Shown here: positions 23,954-37,840 of the stretch, one piece after another
How the letters are laid out: every line of letters begins with the position of its first letter
Numbering within the stretch: position 1 is the stretch's first letter
DNA from: Takakia lepidozioides
Taxonomy: Eukaryota; Plantae; Bryophyta
NCBI GenBank assembly: GCA_030704615.1
Contig: CM060732.1
Coordinates: forward strand, 53,630,001-53,694,000
Length of the DNA stretch: 64,000 bases
Reading direction: 5' to 3'
Made by a program: the position numbers and the translations under genes
The notes under the pieces: model-generated
What the model saw: the letters and a program-made list of their open reading frames with translations, nothing else
What the model was told of the DNA's origin: nothing
Databases searched by the model: none

Positions 23954-26900
23954 GAAAGCTTCTGTCAAAGATCCAAGGATTCAATTATCTGAGGAAACAA
24001 GTGGGGTGTACGTTGTGAAGTGTCGGGCTGAGGTAGAAGAATATCAAGATCCTGGCATTAGTCACTAGTGGGACAATTCTACCCTCAGTGGGCAGGAGTG
24101 CTTTGAAGCACCCCTAATTTTAGCAGCAGTGTGGTTGCAGGAGGGGGAGGAACGAGTTGATGTCCTCTTGCGAGATGCAGACAATGACTTATAGGTTCCC
24201 TGGTGGTGGAGGCATGGGTCCTGATGTACGCCTCCTTGATCGAGGCCATTATGTACTCTCTCTCTCTCTCTCTCTCTCTGGGGTTTAAACCACTAGTTAG
24301 TCTCCACAATTGAGCGCAATTCTAACGAAATTCTGCCTTTGTCATCAGCTTTATGAATATCCACTAAAAGATACTGGTGTCCTTCTCCTTCCCCAGAGTA
24401 AATTGGCTGAGGGTATCCCTACCGCCATTCTCTCAAGAGCCGAATCAACCCAATTTTGCGAAACCCAGCAAATTGAAGTGCTCAGAGTGCGCAAGTATCC
24501 CAGATATGATGTAAACCCAAGCTGGTCTTTGTTTTAAATTACGAGGATGCCCTATGTCCAGCAGAGAAGGACGACTTCAATTGATAATGTCATTACAGGA
24601 GTTGGGATACTTGGATTCATGTCACTCCAACTTCCAAATGAGAAACATAACCATCGGAAACATTTTTATGATCTTCAATTCATCTAAATTGTTTGCTGAC
24701 TGCAGATATTTATTGAGTTTGCTAGCTGTGCAAACATGTACTTGCTAGTCGTAATGTATACACCAGGCTTTTGATTTGGCAAGATTTCCATGGCACTGGA
24801 AAGAAACAAAGAAATTTAGTTACATCTACCAAAACACACACACACACACACTCTGTCATGCACAGACAAATGAAATGAAATGAAATGGTGCTTTATAACG
24901 TCCGCGGAAAGCTCGTAGAGCTTATGGGACAAAATGGAAGAAAACATGAGAGAGGAACAAATCCAGAAACCACAATTAATGTTCTAGCGATTGTCTAAGG
25001 GTGAAGGCCTCGTGTAGGTAGGCTGCCACCCATTTTTGATCCTCATAGTGAAAGACATCAGTGAGAAAGAAAGAAAGAAATTTCATAGGGCCACAAGCAG
25101 ACAGAAACATATGACGCAGTGACTGCTACACACATACTAAAATATCAAGATTGACATCCAGTATCTTAACAGGCAGTTTATTGTTGGGTACAGGTGGTCT
25201 TGGACAATGGGATAGTGCAGGTGACACTATCCAAGCCTGGAGGACTTGTCACTTGCATCAGTTACGGGGGCATTGAGAACCTGCTTGAGGTTCATAACAA
25301 AGAGACTAATAGAGGGTACCTCACTACTTCCTCTTCAATACATGCTCCTATCTTATGACTCATGATTGACCTTTGCGGAGGGAGAAAAGCTGCCACAGCA
25401 GTCACTGGCAGTCCAATTACAGCTGCTTGTTCACATTTGTGAAGGTCAAGAGCTACAGTACTAGTGCTGGAATGCTTTCTAGTATGAGTCAACACCACAC
25501 CTGAAATCAATACTCCAACTCTCTGCAACCAAATGGCCATTGGCTGTGCACAAGTGCTATGGAATTCCTGGACTGAGTTTCCATATCCCAGTGAGGTGAA
25601 AGGCCATGACTAGCTCCAGGAGGTTAGTATTTGCAGGGAGTAATCCCTTAATGGCATGCCAAATCCAACATTTGACAGAACAGTCAATGAGCATGTATCT
25701 CTTTTCTTTTTGGTGTGCGAGGACATATGCTCTCTCTCCTTTCTGTATGGATTATATGTTGTATGATATTCTTTAAACTGGAGGTGTCCTTTGAAGTATG
25801 GTAAAGGTTGTCATTGGATATCTTTTTGATCCTGGAATGAATGCTTGATGCTATTATAAAGAGCTTTCTTGAGAATGGATATAACACCAGAATCAACAAT
25901 TGGACTACCATCGGGTAAATCCCACCTCTCTAATAGGGGCCACTTCCATTCCAAGGGAAGAGTATACAGGTCAAGTCGGAATGCCTTTGGGGCGATCCAC
26001 TCAGCACTCTGCGCGCCTCCCCCCCCCAACCACCACCTCCCTTTCTGCCCTTTCCAAACTGGCACAGTGTAAATGTCCAAAGCCTATGACCAGCAAAGTG
26101 TAGATTTGTTCTCTTTCTCCCCCTCTCTGTCCCTCTGACACTCGTCAATGTTTGAAAGCGGGGTTGCAGGTATTGGGATATGAACTGGAGTGAACCCAAT
26201 GGGAGGGACAACTTTGACGTGTAAGTGCTTATTTTCTTCAGACCAATCTTGTCACGGAAATTAGGCACAGAGAGGTTGGAAAGAGCAGGGGTGGGGATCT
26301 ATTTTGAACATCGTGATCGAGGATAAATTACACGTCTGGTGATTAAGATTTTTTTCTCTGTTATAAAGTATCATTTGATTCTGTTGCTCCTCTCTATTTC
26401 GATCCAAGAGACCGTCTTTGTGGGATGAGGGATCTATTGCCAAAAGAGTTTTGGAAGCATCTGATGGACACAACTCTGTATCTCTAGTTCTCCTTTAGTT
26501 TGTTTTGTTTCTCACGGGTAACATGTATATCCATGTGTATAGAATCCATGGGACAGATTATCAGGTGGTGTATCAGGATGCGGATAAAGTGGAGGTCTCA
26601 TTTATTCGATCGTATGACCTGAACTGCAAGGGGTCCATGGTACCCCTCAACATCGACAAGCGGTCACTGTCCATATCTTCCTGCTTTTAAGTTATTTCAT
26701 GTCTTTGATGAGCAACATGTTTTGTTGCCCTGGGACCCCCAAGTTTCTTTCTTCTTAGGTCGTGAGCATTTGCTACTAGATTATAACCATGGCTCACAGA
26801 AAAATTTCTCAGTGTACTCAGCATTGGGACTTTCTCCACTCTGGGGCAGATTTGCCACGAGTTTCTCACAGACACTGTCGTGTCGTTTCCTCTAGAAGAC

Positions 26901-29900
26901 TAGAGCCTTTTTTTAAAAACTCGGTCATATATAATGAGTGCTGCCATAGCATGTCATGCACTCATGTCAATTGTATAGGATGTGCTTACGTTATGTGACT
27001 TTTTGATCCCTGGGAAATCTTCTATTTCCTTTGTGCTTATACTTCAACTAAATGGAGTTGTCTGTGTGCAGATTTGCACTGCTGCGAGGAAATGCTGGTT
27101 TCTACAGCTACAGCATCTATGAGCGGCCGGTAGGCTGGCCAGCCTTCAACCTCAATCAAACTCGGATTACCTTTAAGCTCCAAAAAGATAGGTCTGGAAG
27201 ACTTATTCTCTCTTAATGAGCTCTTTTTGCACCTGTTCAACAGTATGTCATCTTCCAAGTTACAGACGTTAACGAGTGCTGAGGACAATGTGCTGAGGTA
27301 TGCATATGTTAGCTCTTTACTATGAAGCTTCCATAGACCCTTCACCAGTACGACAGAAAGAGAGAATGTTTATAAGAGTGCAGGTGATTGTGGAATGGTT
27401 GATCCATTCCTATCTCTTAGTTGTGCCTTATCTCGTTATGATGTAGATTTCAGTGCATGGCTATAGCGGACAACAAGCAGAGGGTGATGCCTTCACCAGA
27501 GGATAGGATGCCTGACAGGTGTGAGCAGCTTGCGTATCCTGAAGCTGTTCGCATTACAAAACCTTGCAATCCTGGGCTCCAAGGTGAGGTGAGTTCCATA
27601 GTTGCATCATACTGTGTGCTGCATGAAGAGCTGCATAGGGGGAAAAAGACTAGAAAGCAAGAACAAGGAAAGAAATAAATGCTTAAGACCATCCATGGGG
27701 ACACAGGACTAAGTAGAACTTCAAAGAGAGAACCAAAGCAAAAGACTCCAACGGTGCTGTGAGAACAAGTGCCTCAGGCAAGTCAGCTACAAAGTACCTC
27801 TGGTCGTAATAGCTGAAGGTGCCTGCCGAACATGGCTTGCCAAGGTTGTGGTCGACTGTTTTTCCGGCTTATAAGTTTTGTTCTGGGATGTTTTTTCTTC
27901 CTCCGCCAAGTTAAAGTACCCTATCTTTGTGGGTATTAAGTAGGTGATGCAACAGGTTGATTGTAGTTCACCCACTACATCCAATCTAAGCATGAGCTGA
28001 AAATAGTCTTCGGAACTTGTGTGGGGAGCAGGTGGATGACAAGTATGAATATTCCTGTGATAACCGAGAAAATAGAGTGCATGGCTGGATCAGCTCCAAT
28101 CCTTTGATTGGGTTCTGGATTGTAACAGCAAGTGACGAGTTCCGTAATGGAGGTCCTATGAAGCAGAACTTGACATCACATGTTGGTCCCACATGTCTCT
28201 CTGTGAGTTACTTCTACCCATGTAAATTGCTTGTGGGTATGGGCTCACCTCCTCAATGCCTTTTATAAATTTTAAAAAATAACTTTAGTTAATAATACAT
28301 AAAAAGGTAGGCACCCAGGGGTCAGCAGATGTATGAAAGATCATTAGGCCTCCCTAGAGTAACTTTGTATCCATTGGGCGATGGCCCATTTTGAAAGGAA
28401 AACTTTCTGTGTCTGCTGGCGGCTTTGCAGTCTGACTGGAGATTGTGGTACTACTTTGCAACTCAAGTAATGCCACTAGACAAGCGAAGACCACAAGAAA
28501 GTGGCACAATTTCAGGTGGAGGCATATCTTTCTCTCTGTGTATGTATCCAACAAAGGTAATTTGTTGATTGCGCAGATGTTTCATAGCGCTCATTATGCG
28601 GGTGGAGAACTCTGTCCCCAGTTTCAGGAAGGGGAAGCTTGGCAAAAGGTCTTTGGACCTGTCCTCATATATCTCAATGCTGGACCGGTTGGGATGCCCT
28701 CACCTGCCCTTTGGGAGGATGCCAGACAACAAGTATGACTCTCTCACTGTGGTTCTATGGTTCTGTGTTGTTCTCTTTGTGTCCCTGGGACCCTTTGGAC
28801 CTCCCTCAGATGTAATAAGTTTCTTGTTTTCTTTCTATCTGCATGAATCACTCCACCTTCAGGAATCCATTGTTGATTAGTAGTTTTCATGCTCAATGAA
28901 GGCAACTCTTTCGTATTGTGAGTGTTGCTTGATTAAAAGCTTGAGATGTAGTGAATCTTGTTCAATAGTTGTGGTTTTTGGGTCGCTTGTGGAGGGCCCG
29001 TCTCTCTTTCTTACTTCATGCTTTCTCTTCTGCTTGGCAGCCTACCTGCACGAGGCCTTCACCCTTAGACAATCGCTAGAACATTAATTGTTATTCTTGG
29101 TTTCTGGATTTGTTCCTCTCTCATGTTTTCTTCCATTTTGTCCCATAAGCTCTATGAGCTTTCCGTGGACGTTATAAAGCACCATTTCATTTCATTTCTT
29201 ATCCCATAAACTCTGACCTTTCCGTGGAGTGGATGTATCATTTCATTTCATTTCATTTCTCTCTCTCTCCCTCCCTCTTGGACATGTATGCATTGTATTC
29301 CTTTATTTTCCATTTTCAGACAACTTCTGTGCTTCTTTATGTTTTTGGGCTGCTTGTTGAGGGCCCAACTTCCTTCATGTATTATACTTTATTTTGTCCC
29401 ATAAGCTCTTTGAGCTTCCCCCGAATAATAGGAAGTGCCGTTCTTTCCTTTCCTTCACTTTCTTACGCTCCCTCTCTTCTATGGACATTGGGGAGGTTTA
29501 GGGTGGGCTCCCAGTGTCTGCAGATAGAAACTGGTAGGTGGGAAAACCTGCAGCTTGAGGACTGCAGTGCCCCCCTTGCACTGGCAACAACAGGAGCAAA
29601 AACTTTTCTTCCTTCCTATGAGATACTACTGTCTATCACAGAGCTCTTCTCTGCCTGGACGTCATAAAATTTCTTCCTTTCTTCCTTCCTCTCCCTCACA
29701 AACAGCCACACATATTGGATTTAACCCCTATGGAGCTAGTGACGCAAGGATAGTGCAAGAAAACGGTGGTGCTCAATGAAGATGCTCTGGATGCTACAGG
29801 CATGGACAGAGGTGAGGGCATGGCCATACAGCTGGCCCGCGTCACCTGATTTCCCAAAATCTGCGGAGCGAGGCTCTATATCTGGAAGGCTGCTTGTCCA

Positions 29901-32900
29901 TGACAGGTAGTATTACATCATGAAACAGCTAATTGAAGGCCTACAACAATACTGCCAGTTGGACGGAGTGTATCTTTTTTAAGTGCCACCTTTCTCAATG
30001 TAGGGCTATTGCTTCCTGTTTTGCAGGTGGGCAGCTTTTAATTGTCACATGTGATGGCAGCTTTTCTTTGGTCATTTTGCCCCCTTTAGGAAAGATTTAT
30101 AAGCCCATATGTACCTAACTCGGCAAGGCATTCTTTTTGGCTGCAGTGTCCACCACTTTCTGCATCTCCAAACTATTTGATCCAGGACTATCTACTTTGT
30201 ATCTACTGTGCTGTCATCACTTGTTGGACACTCATAGTCTTCATGGCCTCTTTGCCAACCTTTGTGTCGACAGCCTTCACAATTCTCTTTTTCGGAGTCT
30301 TAACCAAAACATAGGTGTATCCTGGTGGGGGTTTTCCTATCTGATGGATTTTTTATGGCAGGTATTCTGCACCCAATACTTCTGGAGGGAAATACGCTTT
30401 CATGGGATTGGCTCTTCCAGGAGAGTTGGGATCTTGGCAGCGTGAGAGTAAGGTAATATCATTAGTGGAAGACTTTGAAGTTCCCTATCAGTTACGTCCA
30501 TTTATTTCATTGTCCTTGCAATCACATGGGTCTGGTTGGTTTAGGAGATTTTCCTAAAAATATGGGGCAAACAGAAGTCTGTGTACTACACCTGCTTCAC
30601 ATTTTTCACAAACCAAACGTGCTCATTGAACATATTAGGGATGGACATCTCTGCACTGTCATTTTGATGCTATCCTTCCTCTCTCCCTCTTCCACGGGCT
30701 GGTTGAGTCAGTGTGTGACTGACAGTTGGGGTGCCAGTACACTGTCGAATGAGTTTAATATCTTTCGACTGTTACCGTGTCCCTATACGATACTTACTGC
30801 TACATAACCACTGCTATACTTTGTGAGATTACCTAGAGATCTTGGCAGTGAGAGAGGTATCCCGTACCCAGGCTGCCACCCAGTTGAAAGGGTATGTTCA
30901 ATGGGACCAATTGCTTCTTTAAAATAGCACAACATTATTTAACACAGTTTTTCACCATGTATTTCTGACAGGGCTACCAGTTCTGGACTCAAGCGGATCC
31001 TGACGGGTTTTTTTTAATTCAACATATCCGGACTGGCGTATATGACCTTTATGGATGGGTACCAGGAGTTCTTGGAGATTATAAGAAAGAAGGCGGGTCC
31101 ATCCATATCTTACCAGGTTAGTTATGATGACTAGTGGTTGTTTGGTCTCCCAGGAATCCCTTCTTCTGCATGCCAGCTATGGTGTGCATTCTGGAAAGTG
31201 GACACCTTTGACTCTCATCTTCATATGCGGACTCCCTTATCCCCCCTTTCCTATCCTATCCTAATTGGGCAGGGGATCATTGTGGATAGGCTATGATGAG
31301 CACACTAGTCTTGTACAGGATTCTTAAAGCTTGCTAAACAAGTTCCTTCCCTTCAGGTTCAAGGGTAGAGTTGGGGGAGATTACGTACTATCCACCAAGA
31401 GATGGCCCCACAGTTTGGGAGATCGGAATTCCTGATCGAACAGCTGCTGAATTCTTTGTACCTGATACAAATCCGATCTACATCAACAAGCTCTTCTTAA
31501 ACCACCCGGAGAAGTGAGTCACACACTACCGGAACGCTTAGTCCTCCTCCTTTCATGCCCAAGATAGTTCTTAAACAGTCTTTAAACTACTTGCACATGT
31601 TTCTGTAAGTTTAGTTAATCTTACTGTAGTATTTTTTGTAACAATCCAAATCCAAATCTTCTACTAGTAGTTATGGAAACTAGTGAAAGCTGACGTCCTT
31701 CCTGGATCTATGTATCTGTGAAGTTGAGGATGCTTTTAAGCTTGTTCGTCAGTTGCATATCATTGTGAAGGGAGTAGCAGTCAGACATCCAAAGCTTACA
31801 TGTAGGTAGAGACAATTACCACTTTGAGTAGTAATTCGCCTAGTATTTCTTTCAGATCTATTCGTACACATCATGCAAGAGGATGAGAGCTACCCTGGTG
31901 CATAAACTGCCTGGGAGAGGAAGTACCTATGGGGACCATGCCCTCAACAATGTGTGTTGGCCAGCATTTACTGGGGACAGGGTATATGGGGGAGGGGCCG
32001 ATAGAGAGGAGGGTTTATTGCTCCCTTTCCTCCAAAATAAACAAGAAATTGAGGGGCAAGCATGCCGGCAGGGTGTTTTTAAGGAATGTTTCCAGGTTGA
32101 GACTTGGGTCTGACAGAAGAAAAAGGGCACACTGTGGCTAATAATGAATGCAAGATTCTGATGCAGGTACCGCCAATATGGACTGTGGGAGCGTTACACA
32201 GACCTCTATCCAACTGATGACTTGGTTTACACTGTTGGAAAGAGCGATTGGAGAAGAGATTGGTTCTTTGCACATCTCTGCAGGTCTCTAGATTCTTTTC
32301 AATTGACACAAGGGCAACTTGATCACATCACCTTATTTTGGCTGAACTTGCAGTGACGATTATGGTGATGATAGTAATGATGAGGAGGAGCTGTTAATTA
32401 TACTTTTTGTTAGGAGGATGTTAATTAACCCTTGGTTTTCACTCTGGAATAATAGATGTGTTACAGATGTTCCCACTAACCACAACGCACTTTTTACAGC
32501 GTTTCAATGGACCCCCATACTATTTTGTATGGTTGTATGTTATCTTTCTCTCATGTGGTTTGCTGGGGTCAGTCTGTAAGCGCAGTATTCTTGACTTGTA
32601 GTAGTAAAACAAGGAGCATGGATGGTGGCAGGATCAATGCAGATGGCAGCTATGCAGCAACAACATGGCAGGTGAAGTTCAATGTTGACTCGGTCATCTA
32701 CAATCGCGGGGTTTATATATTTCGGTTGGCGATCTCTTCTTCAAATAATGCAGCCATTCAGGTAGGTTGGTCGTGTTCTATATCCCCTCTATCCTCCCTC
32801 AAAAGCTTGCATGCCATGTGCACTGCTGAATTTCCACTTTGTGGAAAAGAAGAGGCTGGCATTGTCAATGTCAGAAAACCGTTGGCCTCCCCCATTCCGG

Positions 32901-33943
32901 TGGGGTGCTCTACCACCGAGCTACCTGTCCTGTTTTGTTCTCAGAGTGCTGTGCAAGGGCTATAGCCTTGACACCTCCAACAGTCAACTGATGGCATCCA
33001 GCTTGGAAGCACAAATTTCTAAAACCATAGTTGGTCCATGTGTAACCGGGATTACTGGCATTTAAAAAGGAATGAAAAGGACGTGCTCAAGGTGGTCTCT
33101 GTAATTGTCAGCAGCTCCAGCACAACTCTGTTCTGGACTTTTCATATTAGGGAAGAGCTATTTCTACTGGGAAAAAGACTTCCTTTCCAGCGAGTTCACA
33201 GTTTCTAGGTCATCAATGACACCTCTTCGCAAACATCCCAATGTGGTCTTGCTCACATACCACCATATCTTCAGTCATGTCTAGGCTGTCATCCCCTAGG
33301 AGGCTGTACCCTCAAGTAGTCGCTCTTATTTACAGTGGCTTCAGCCAGAGTGTTCTCTATCAGTCATATTGAGCATCAACACCGAGGGGACCTGCTGACC
33401 TACTGTGCTAAAAAGTGGGAAAGCATTTGCTTTCCCAGACCATTTGATCCCTTCTCCCCCCAGGACCTAAATAGAAAGCAAATATGTTGGCTGCGCTCCT
33501 TCTGTGCATGAAGGGATGAAGCTATCTAGGCAATTTTCCCTGAGACTTAGGAGAGTGTCAGTAATCATTCTGCATCTTCACACAGTGTGAGGGTGGTTTA
33601 GGTACAGTCGCACTGCTTAGGGATCTACATCTAGAAGGTTTGATCGAGTATTTCTCTCTCACCCCTTTCTCATGCTCTACAGGTTCACATAAACAACCTC
33701 CACACCCGCAAACCACATTTTGATACAATGCAGTTTGGCAAGGACAATGCTATCGCTCGTCATGGAATTCATGGCCTCTATCATCTGTTTACAGTCGACA
33801 TTGCTCCTACACTGCTGCAAGGAGGAGAGAATACTGTATTTCTCACACAGAGGAAACCTTCAGGGCCATTCACTGGGGTTATGTACGATTATCTGCGCCT
33901 TGAAGCACCTGATCAAGAATTACCTCAGGGATCTACTGAATGA
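23954..33943 (+). CDS. Rhamnogalacturonan endolyase (polysaccharide lyase family 4), apparently intact; first coding exon uncertain (possible ATG 23827/23848)
   Basis: Exons 23954-24032, 25194-25315, 26170-26220, 26543-26662, 27072-27191, 27447-27588, 28032-28202, 28577-28732, 29800-29906, 30362-30452, 30972-31116, 31357-31513, 32167-32283, 32632-32761, 33683-33943. Motifs VVLDNGIVQVT, VDDKYEYS, GGPMKQNLTSHVGP, GYQFWT, DNAIARHGIHG, MYDYLRLE. Confidence 0.95.
24256..24279. repeat. (CT)n microsatellite
   Basis: Uninterrupted CT run. Confidence 0.9.
24868..25080 (-). mobile_element. 5'-truncated LINE 3' end with (CATTT)n tail in a lyase intron
   Basis: Encodes DQKWVAAYLHEAFTLRQSLEH*, then a 3' UTR and CATTT repeats; reverse complement of 29035-29198. 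Confidence 0.75.
25750..26080 (-). mobile_element. Degenerate LINE ORF2 tail in an intron
   Basis: IAPKAFRLDLYTLPLE resembles the FRxxxHxLPIE motif near the LINE ORF2 C-terminus. Confidence 0.35.
29035..29198 (+). mobile_element. Second copy of the same LINE 3' end
   Basis: AAYLHEAFTLRQSLEH* plus UTR and CATTT repeats; older partial copies follow at ~29200-29460. Confidence 0.75.
29480..29670 (+). mobile_element. LINE ORF2 tail fragment
   Basis: LGRFRVGSQCLQIETGRW motif. Confidence 0.6.
32876..32930 (-). mobile_element. tRNA-derived SINE head or tRNA pseudogene fragment in an intron
   Basis: Minus strand GGACAGGTAGCTCGGTGGTAGAGCACCCCACCGGAATGGGGGAGGCC has a D-arm/A-box and an anticodon-like stem; the T-arm is lost. 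Confidence 0.55.
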
Positions 33944-35490
33944 TGGATTGGATTGTAAACCTCCATCAACCTTCCTATGAGAGTTGTTGTAGATGCACAA
34001 TAATTTACTCGGTCTACTACTACATCCTGTCAAGTTTTGATAGTTTATCAACATTTTGTCGGACATGGGAAAAGATGCGACTAATTTTCATGCATTTGTT
34101 GGCCCTGCCTCTAGTAGGGACTATGCATTCGCTTGCATGGAATGATATCAGGTACCATACATCTTCCAATTGGGCACATGTTCTTTATTATGTTCTTTAT
34201 TGGGCACATTTTCCGGATGTGTTCCATGTATCGATGAATGTGAGTTTATTGGCCGGCCCAGGACTAACAAAGGTTTGCATTGGGGACCAATTTTTCACAG
34301 AGTGATTTAGTTCAAGACAAGTGTAGATAGAAGATTCCATCCATATTTACAGATTAACAAAATCCATGGATGAATAGTTTTATGCATGTGACAGGTTGGG
34401 CTGACTCGCCCTGTTTACGTGAATCTTCACAATGATCTTGGTCTCTGTTAAAGTATCTCGATGTGGCTTTGGTGTCCACTATCAACTTCATCAGTGTTTA
34501 GGGTATGGTGGATCGATTGCAGGGTGTAGATTGGCCTCCATGTACTGGCCATGCAGTGTACGTGTTAGGAGCCTGTTAGACAAGTGATGTTGCTGGGAAC
34601 CCCAAGCGTTTCCAACTTCTATTGGCAACTCATCTTCCAGGTACAAATTTAAGTTTGCACAATGATAAGCTCACTGTACGCATATCTCTCTCTCAAGTAT
34701 CTAGAACTTTGATACTATGGTGTTGGAAAAGACGAAAGGAAAGAGGAAACAGACGTTTATTGTTCAAAAGAAGACTCGCAGCTTTGAGTTTCAATTCCAG
34801 TCAAGTGCATAGGGCATACAGGCCCAAGTCATATCATCCTTATGCTTCCCATATGGCTTTAGACACTTCAGACTCCCATAGAGCTAGGAGAGAGCTTCAT
34901 CTAGCAATACATATGCAAGAATACAAAAATTAGCTTATAATCGCTTATAATTATTATTATTGGAGCGTGAACCACTCAAAATTAATCTCAATATCCAAAT
35001 AATTGTAAGGACTCTCCCATACAACTTACAAGTGTATACATTTCACTTAAACAGGTACAAGGGTAACAATGTGGGAACCCGCATTGTACCCACGGGTACC
35101 CGCATTGTTGAAATGTATACGTTTACCCGCATTTGATACATTTCTTTAGTTCTTTTATATACATATATACAAAGATAGAATACCTGTAGTTTGTTTCAGC
35201 TATGCTTTCCATAGAGGAATCAGCAATCAGCAAAGGTCACCTGGTATTTACCAAAGTGACAAATTAAAAGCTTTATGATCAGCTTATAAATGATAATATA
35301 CATGCTTATGGAATTCATTGTAAATTAATGGTATTGCTAGAATATTAACATACGTAGATGATAGAGGTTGTATATATTCCCTAGCACTTAGCTTTGAAAT
35401 TTGTTCAATGCCCACTATCACTGAAGTGGTTGAACTAGCACATACTATATTTTTAGATTTTGATGATTATACATGTGCACTACATAGTTT

Positions 35491-36191
35491 CATAGCAGAT
35501 TAGGCACAGATTTTTTTTAAATAAAATACCTAGGAAAATCTGTGATTTTCAAGATTTATGCCTAAAAGGTTGGAAAAATAATATGAAAGTGCCTATTTCA
35601 GTAAAATTGTCTAAGAAAATCCTACTCTATATAATTTATATTGAAAACAAAAAAAAAATGCCTCCATAAATGTTCAAAAAGTATAGACCAACTCCGAGGT
35701 CCATACAACCTCCAAAGGACCTTCCAATGAGTCTCGAACATCCTGCATATGCTCATCATTGAAGTCTTCATCCCCATTCAAGTCAGGTACATGTGAGTCT
35801 TCAATGTGCAAATTTCCAAGGCAACGACTCATGCTCTAAGCTGGCTGGACCTTAGGGTACCTCTCTGTTTATGCTCATTATGGATCTGTTTGGTTCATTG
35901 AACGTCAAGATAGAAATCTTTGTACCTCTGAGCACCTAAGAGTCCTTTCCACTTCCATATGAGGAGTTGTGGCTCTAAACAAAGGCTCTGTAATTGGCTC
36001 TCATAGCCTCACACTGAAACTGAATAAGGGTGCATTAAAAAAAGCAGGTAACATTTATCCGGGTTGATTGTAATACATGGCCTAATGTTTGGAAAATACC
36101 TAGGTGAGGTGCCTAAATAATATAAACGAATCTGCCTAATAATATTCCAAAATTAATAACTATTAGGCACTAGGGTGCCTAATCTGCTATG
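35491..36191. mobile_element. Non-autonomous hAT-like MITE (701 bp)
   Basis: Perfect 17-bp TIR CATAGCAGATTAGGCAC / GTGCCTAATCTGCTATG with internal TGCCTA/TAGGCA repeats; 8-bp TSD not preserved. Confidence 0.7.
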
Positions 36192-37339
36192 ACCTATATT
36201 TAATATTGACACTAATTTGTTTTTTTTACTTGGTTTCTTTTTATTTCTCTCTTTTTCTTTCTAAATGTACTCTCAAACTTATGCATGAAAGTTAATGTCG
36301 ATGTGTAATTCAACATGGATCTACCAAATGATATTCACAAAGAAGATCTAACTTCCTCCACAATGAAGTGGATTGGGATTGTATGTTGCATATTGCATAT
36401 TGCATACTACCATATCTGTGTAATGGAGTGGTCGACTGAGAGAAGAGTGCAGTGACGTGACAAGTTGATGATTATAAGCAGCTCAAGACTCTAGAGGTGG
36501 ATACATATGTGTTCAAATACATCGAACTAGAACAGTTTTTTCAGGCTGCAAAGACCATTATGGTGTTCATTCATATAGTAAACCTCCAATATATTGTAAT
36601 GATAATCCCAAAACTTAGGGCAAGGCTTGCATGCATCTGACCATGCATTTGAATGTGACCATGTATTTGAATGTGAATTTATTACTATGCACTTGTTCGC
36701 ATGGAATGGCCTTATGTCTCCTTAAGTATATCTTGAGTGTTCCATTGATGGATGAATGGAGATATTTATGAGTTTATTACTATGGATTTGATTGCATGAT
36801 ATGACCAACCTTAAATCTTGAATGGGTCTAGTTGGGACTTGGGTACTTGATGGATGAATGTAGGCCTTGATGCCTCTCTTTTTTCTTTTTCTTTTCTTTT
36901 CTTTTTATTTTTTTTTTAGACCCCCCAAATTTAATGATGTCTTCACCACAAAGGGCTAGTTGAAAGCATTTCTCTTGAACCCTACACCTGCATTATCTAG
37001 AACTGCCTCTACGCCATCCACACTTGCTCCGGATCTCACTCCGGTTATAACACCCTTTCAATCACGACGCCCGGTTCTCTAGTCGGTTAGCAACCTCGAT
37101 GGCCTTTGCCGGTTCCATTCCATAGCTGGGTCCTGCGGGTTGCACTTTCTGGTTATGCACGTATGCATAACCGGCAAATAACCGCCGGGTATGAATGTCT
37201 AAAATGCCATACCCGGCCAACACTAGTTTGAACCCACAACCACATCCAACGTGGTATGTGCCCATTACCACTGGGCTGCATACTGGTTGTCTGCACATGC
37301 CTCACTTACCTGAAAGATTGGTCCGGGAAGTGGTCTTGG

Positions 37340-37840
37340 CAAAATGTAAACTCAAATATATGAATAATGAGGGAGGGGCATGGGTCTATGGGTGTGGTTG
37401 AGGAAGTCTATGAACGAGTAGTACATCACGGCATAGTGGAGCCAAAAAATGACATGGGTGGATTGGGCACATGGAAGCACGAGCCGAAGGGGCGAAGGGG
37501 TATTGTAATGCCTTGTTGACTATTGAAATGTAGTATATAAGGAAGTGCATTGGTGGGTGGCAGTATGGAGTGGTTCTAGGTTTTATTTCAAAATAATTGC
37601 ATTGTGGCCCTGACACCCACAATAATAATAGTTGAGTGAAAAAGTGTTCCAACTGTATCATCGAAGGGCCAAGACTAGGAGCTCAAGATATTCATGTTTG
37701 CGAAGGATAGATTGGTCTGGGTAGTGATCATGATGAAATATAGATTCAAATATATGGATACTGAAGGAGAGGCATGGGCCTATCGGTGTGGCTGAGGAAA
37801 TATGAAGTCCTTGAACAAGTTGTATATGAAGACATAGTCA
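37340..37840 (+). repeat. Diverged ~100-bp direct repeat pair
   Basis: TCAAATATATG.ATA.TGA.GGAG.GGCATGGG.CTAT.GGTGTGG.TGAGGAA at ~37352 and ~37747. Confidence 0.65.

Noticed and set aside
30838-30860. Short echo of the preceding exon end (GATCTTGGCAG..GAGAG)
   Set aside because: Too short, contains an in-frame stop; chance or a dead micro-duplication.
32876-32930. Functional tRNA gene
   Set aside because: Irregular anticodon loop, no T-arm and no 3' acceptor strand.
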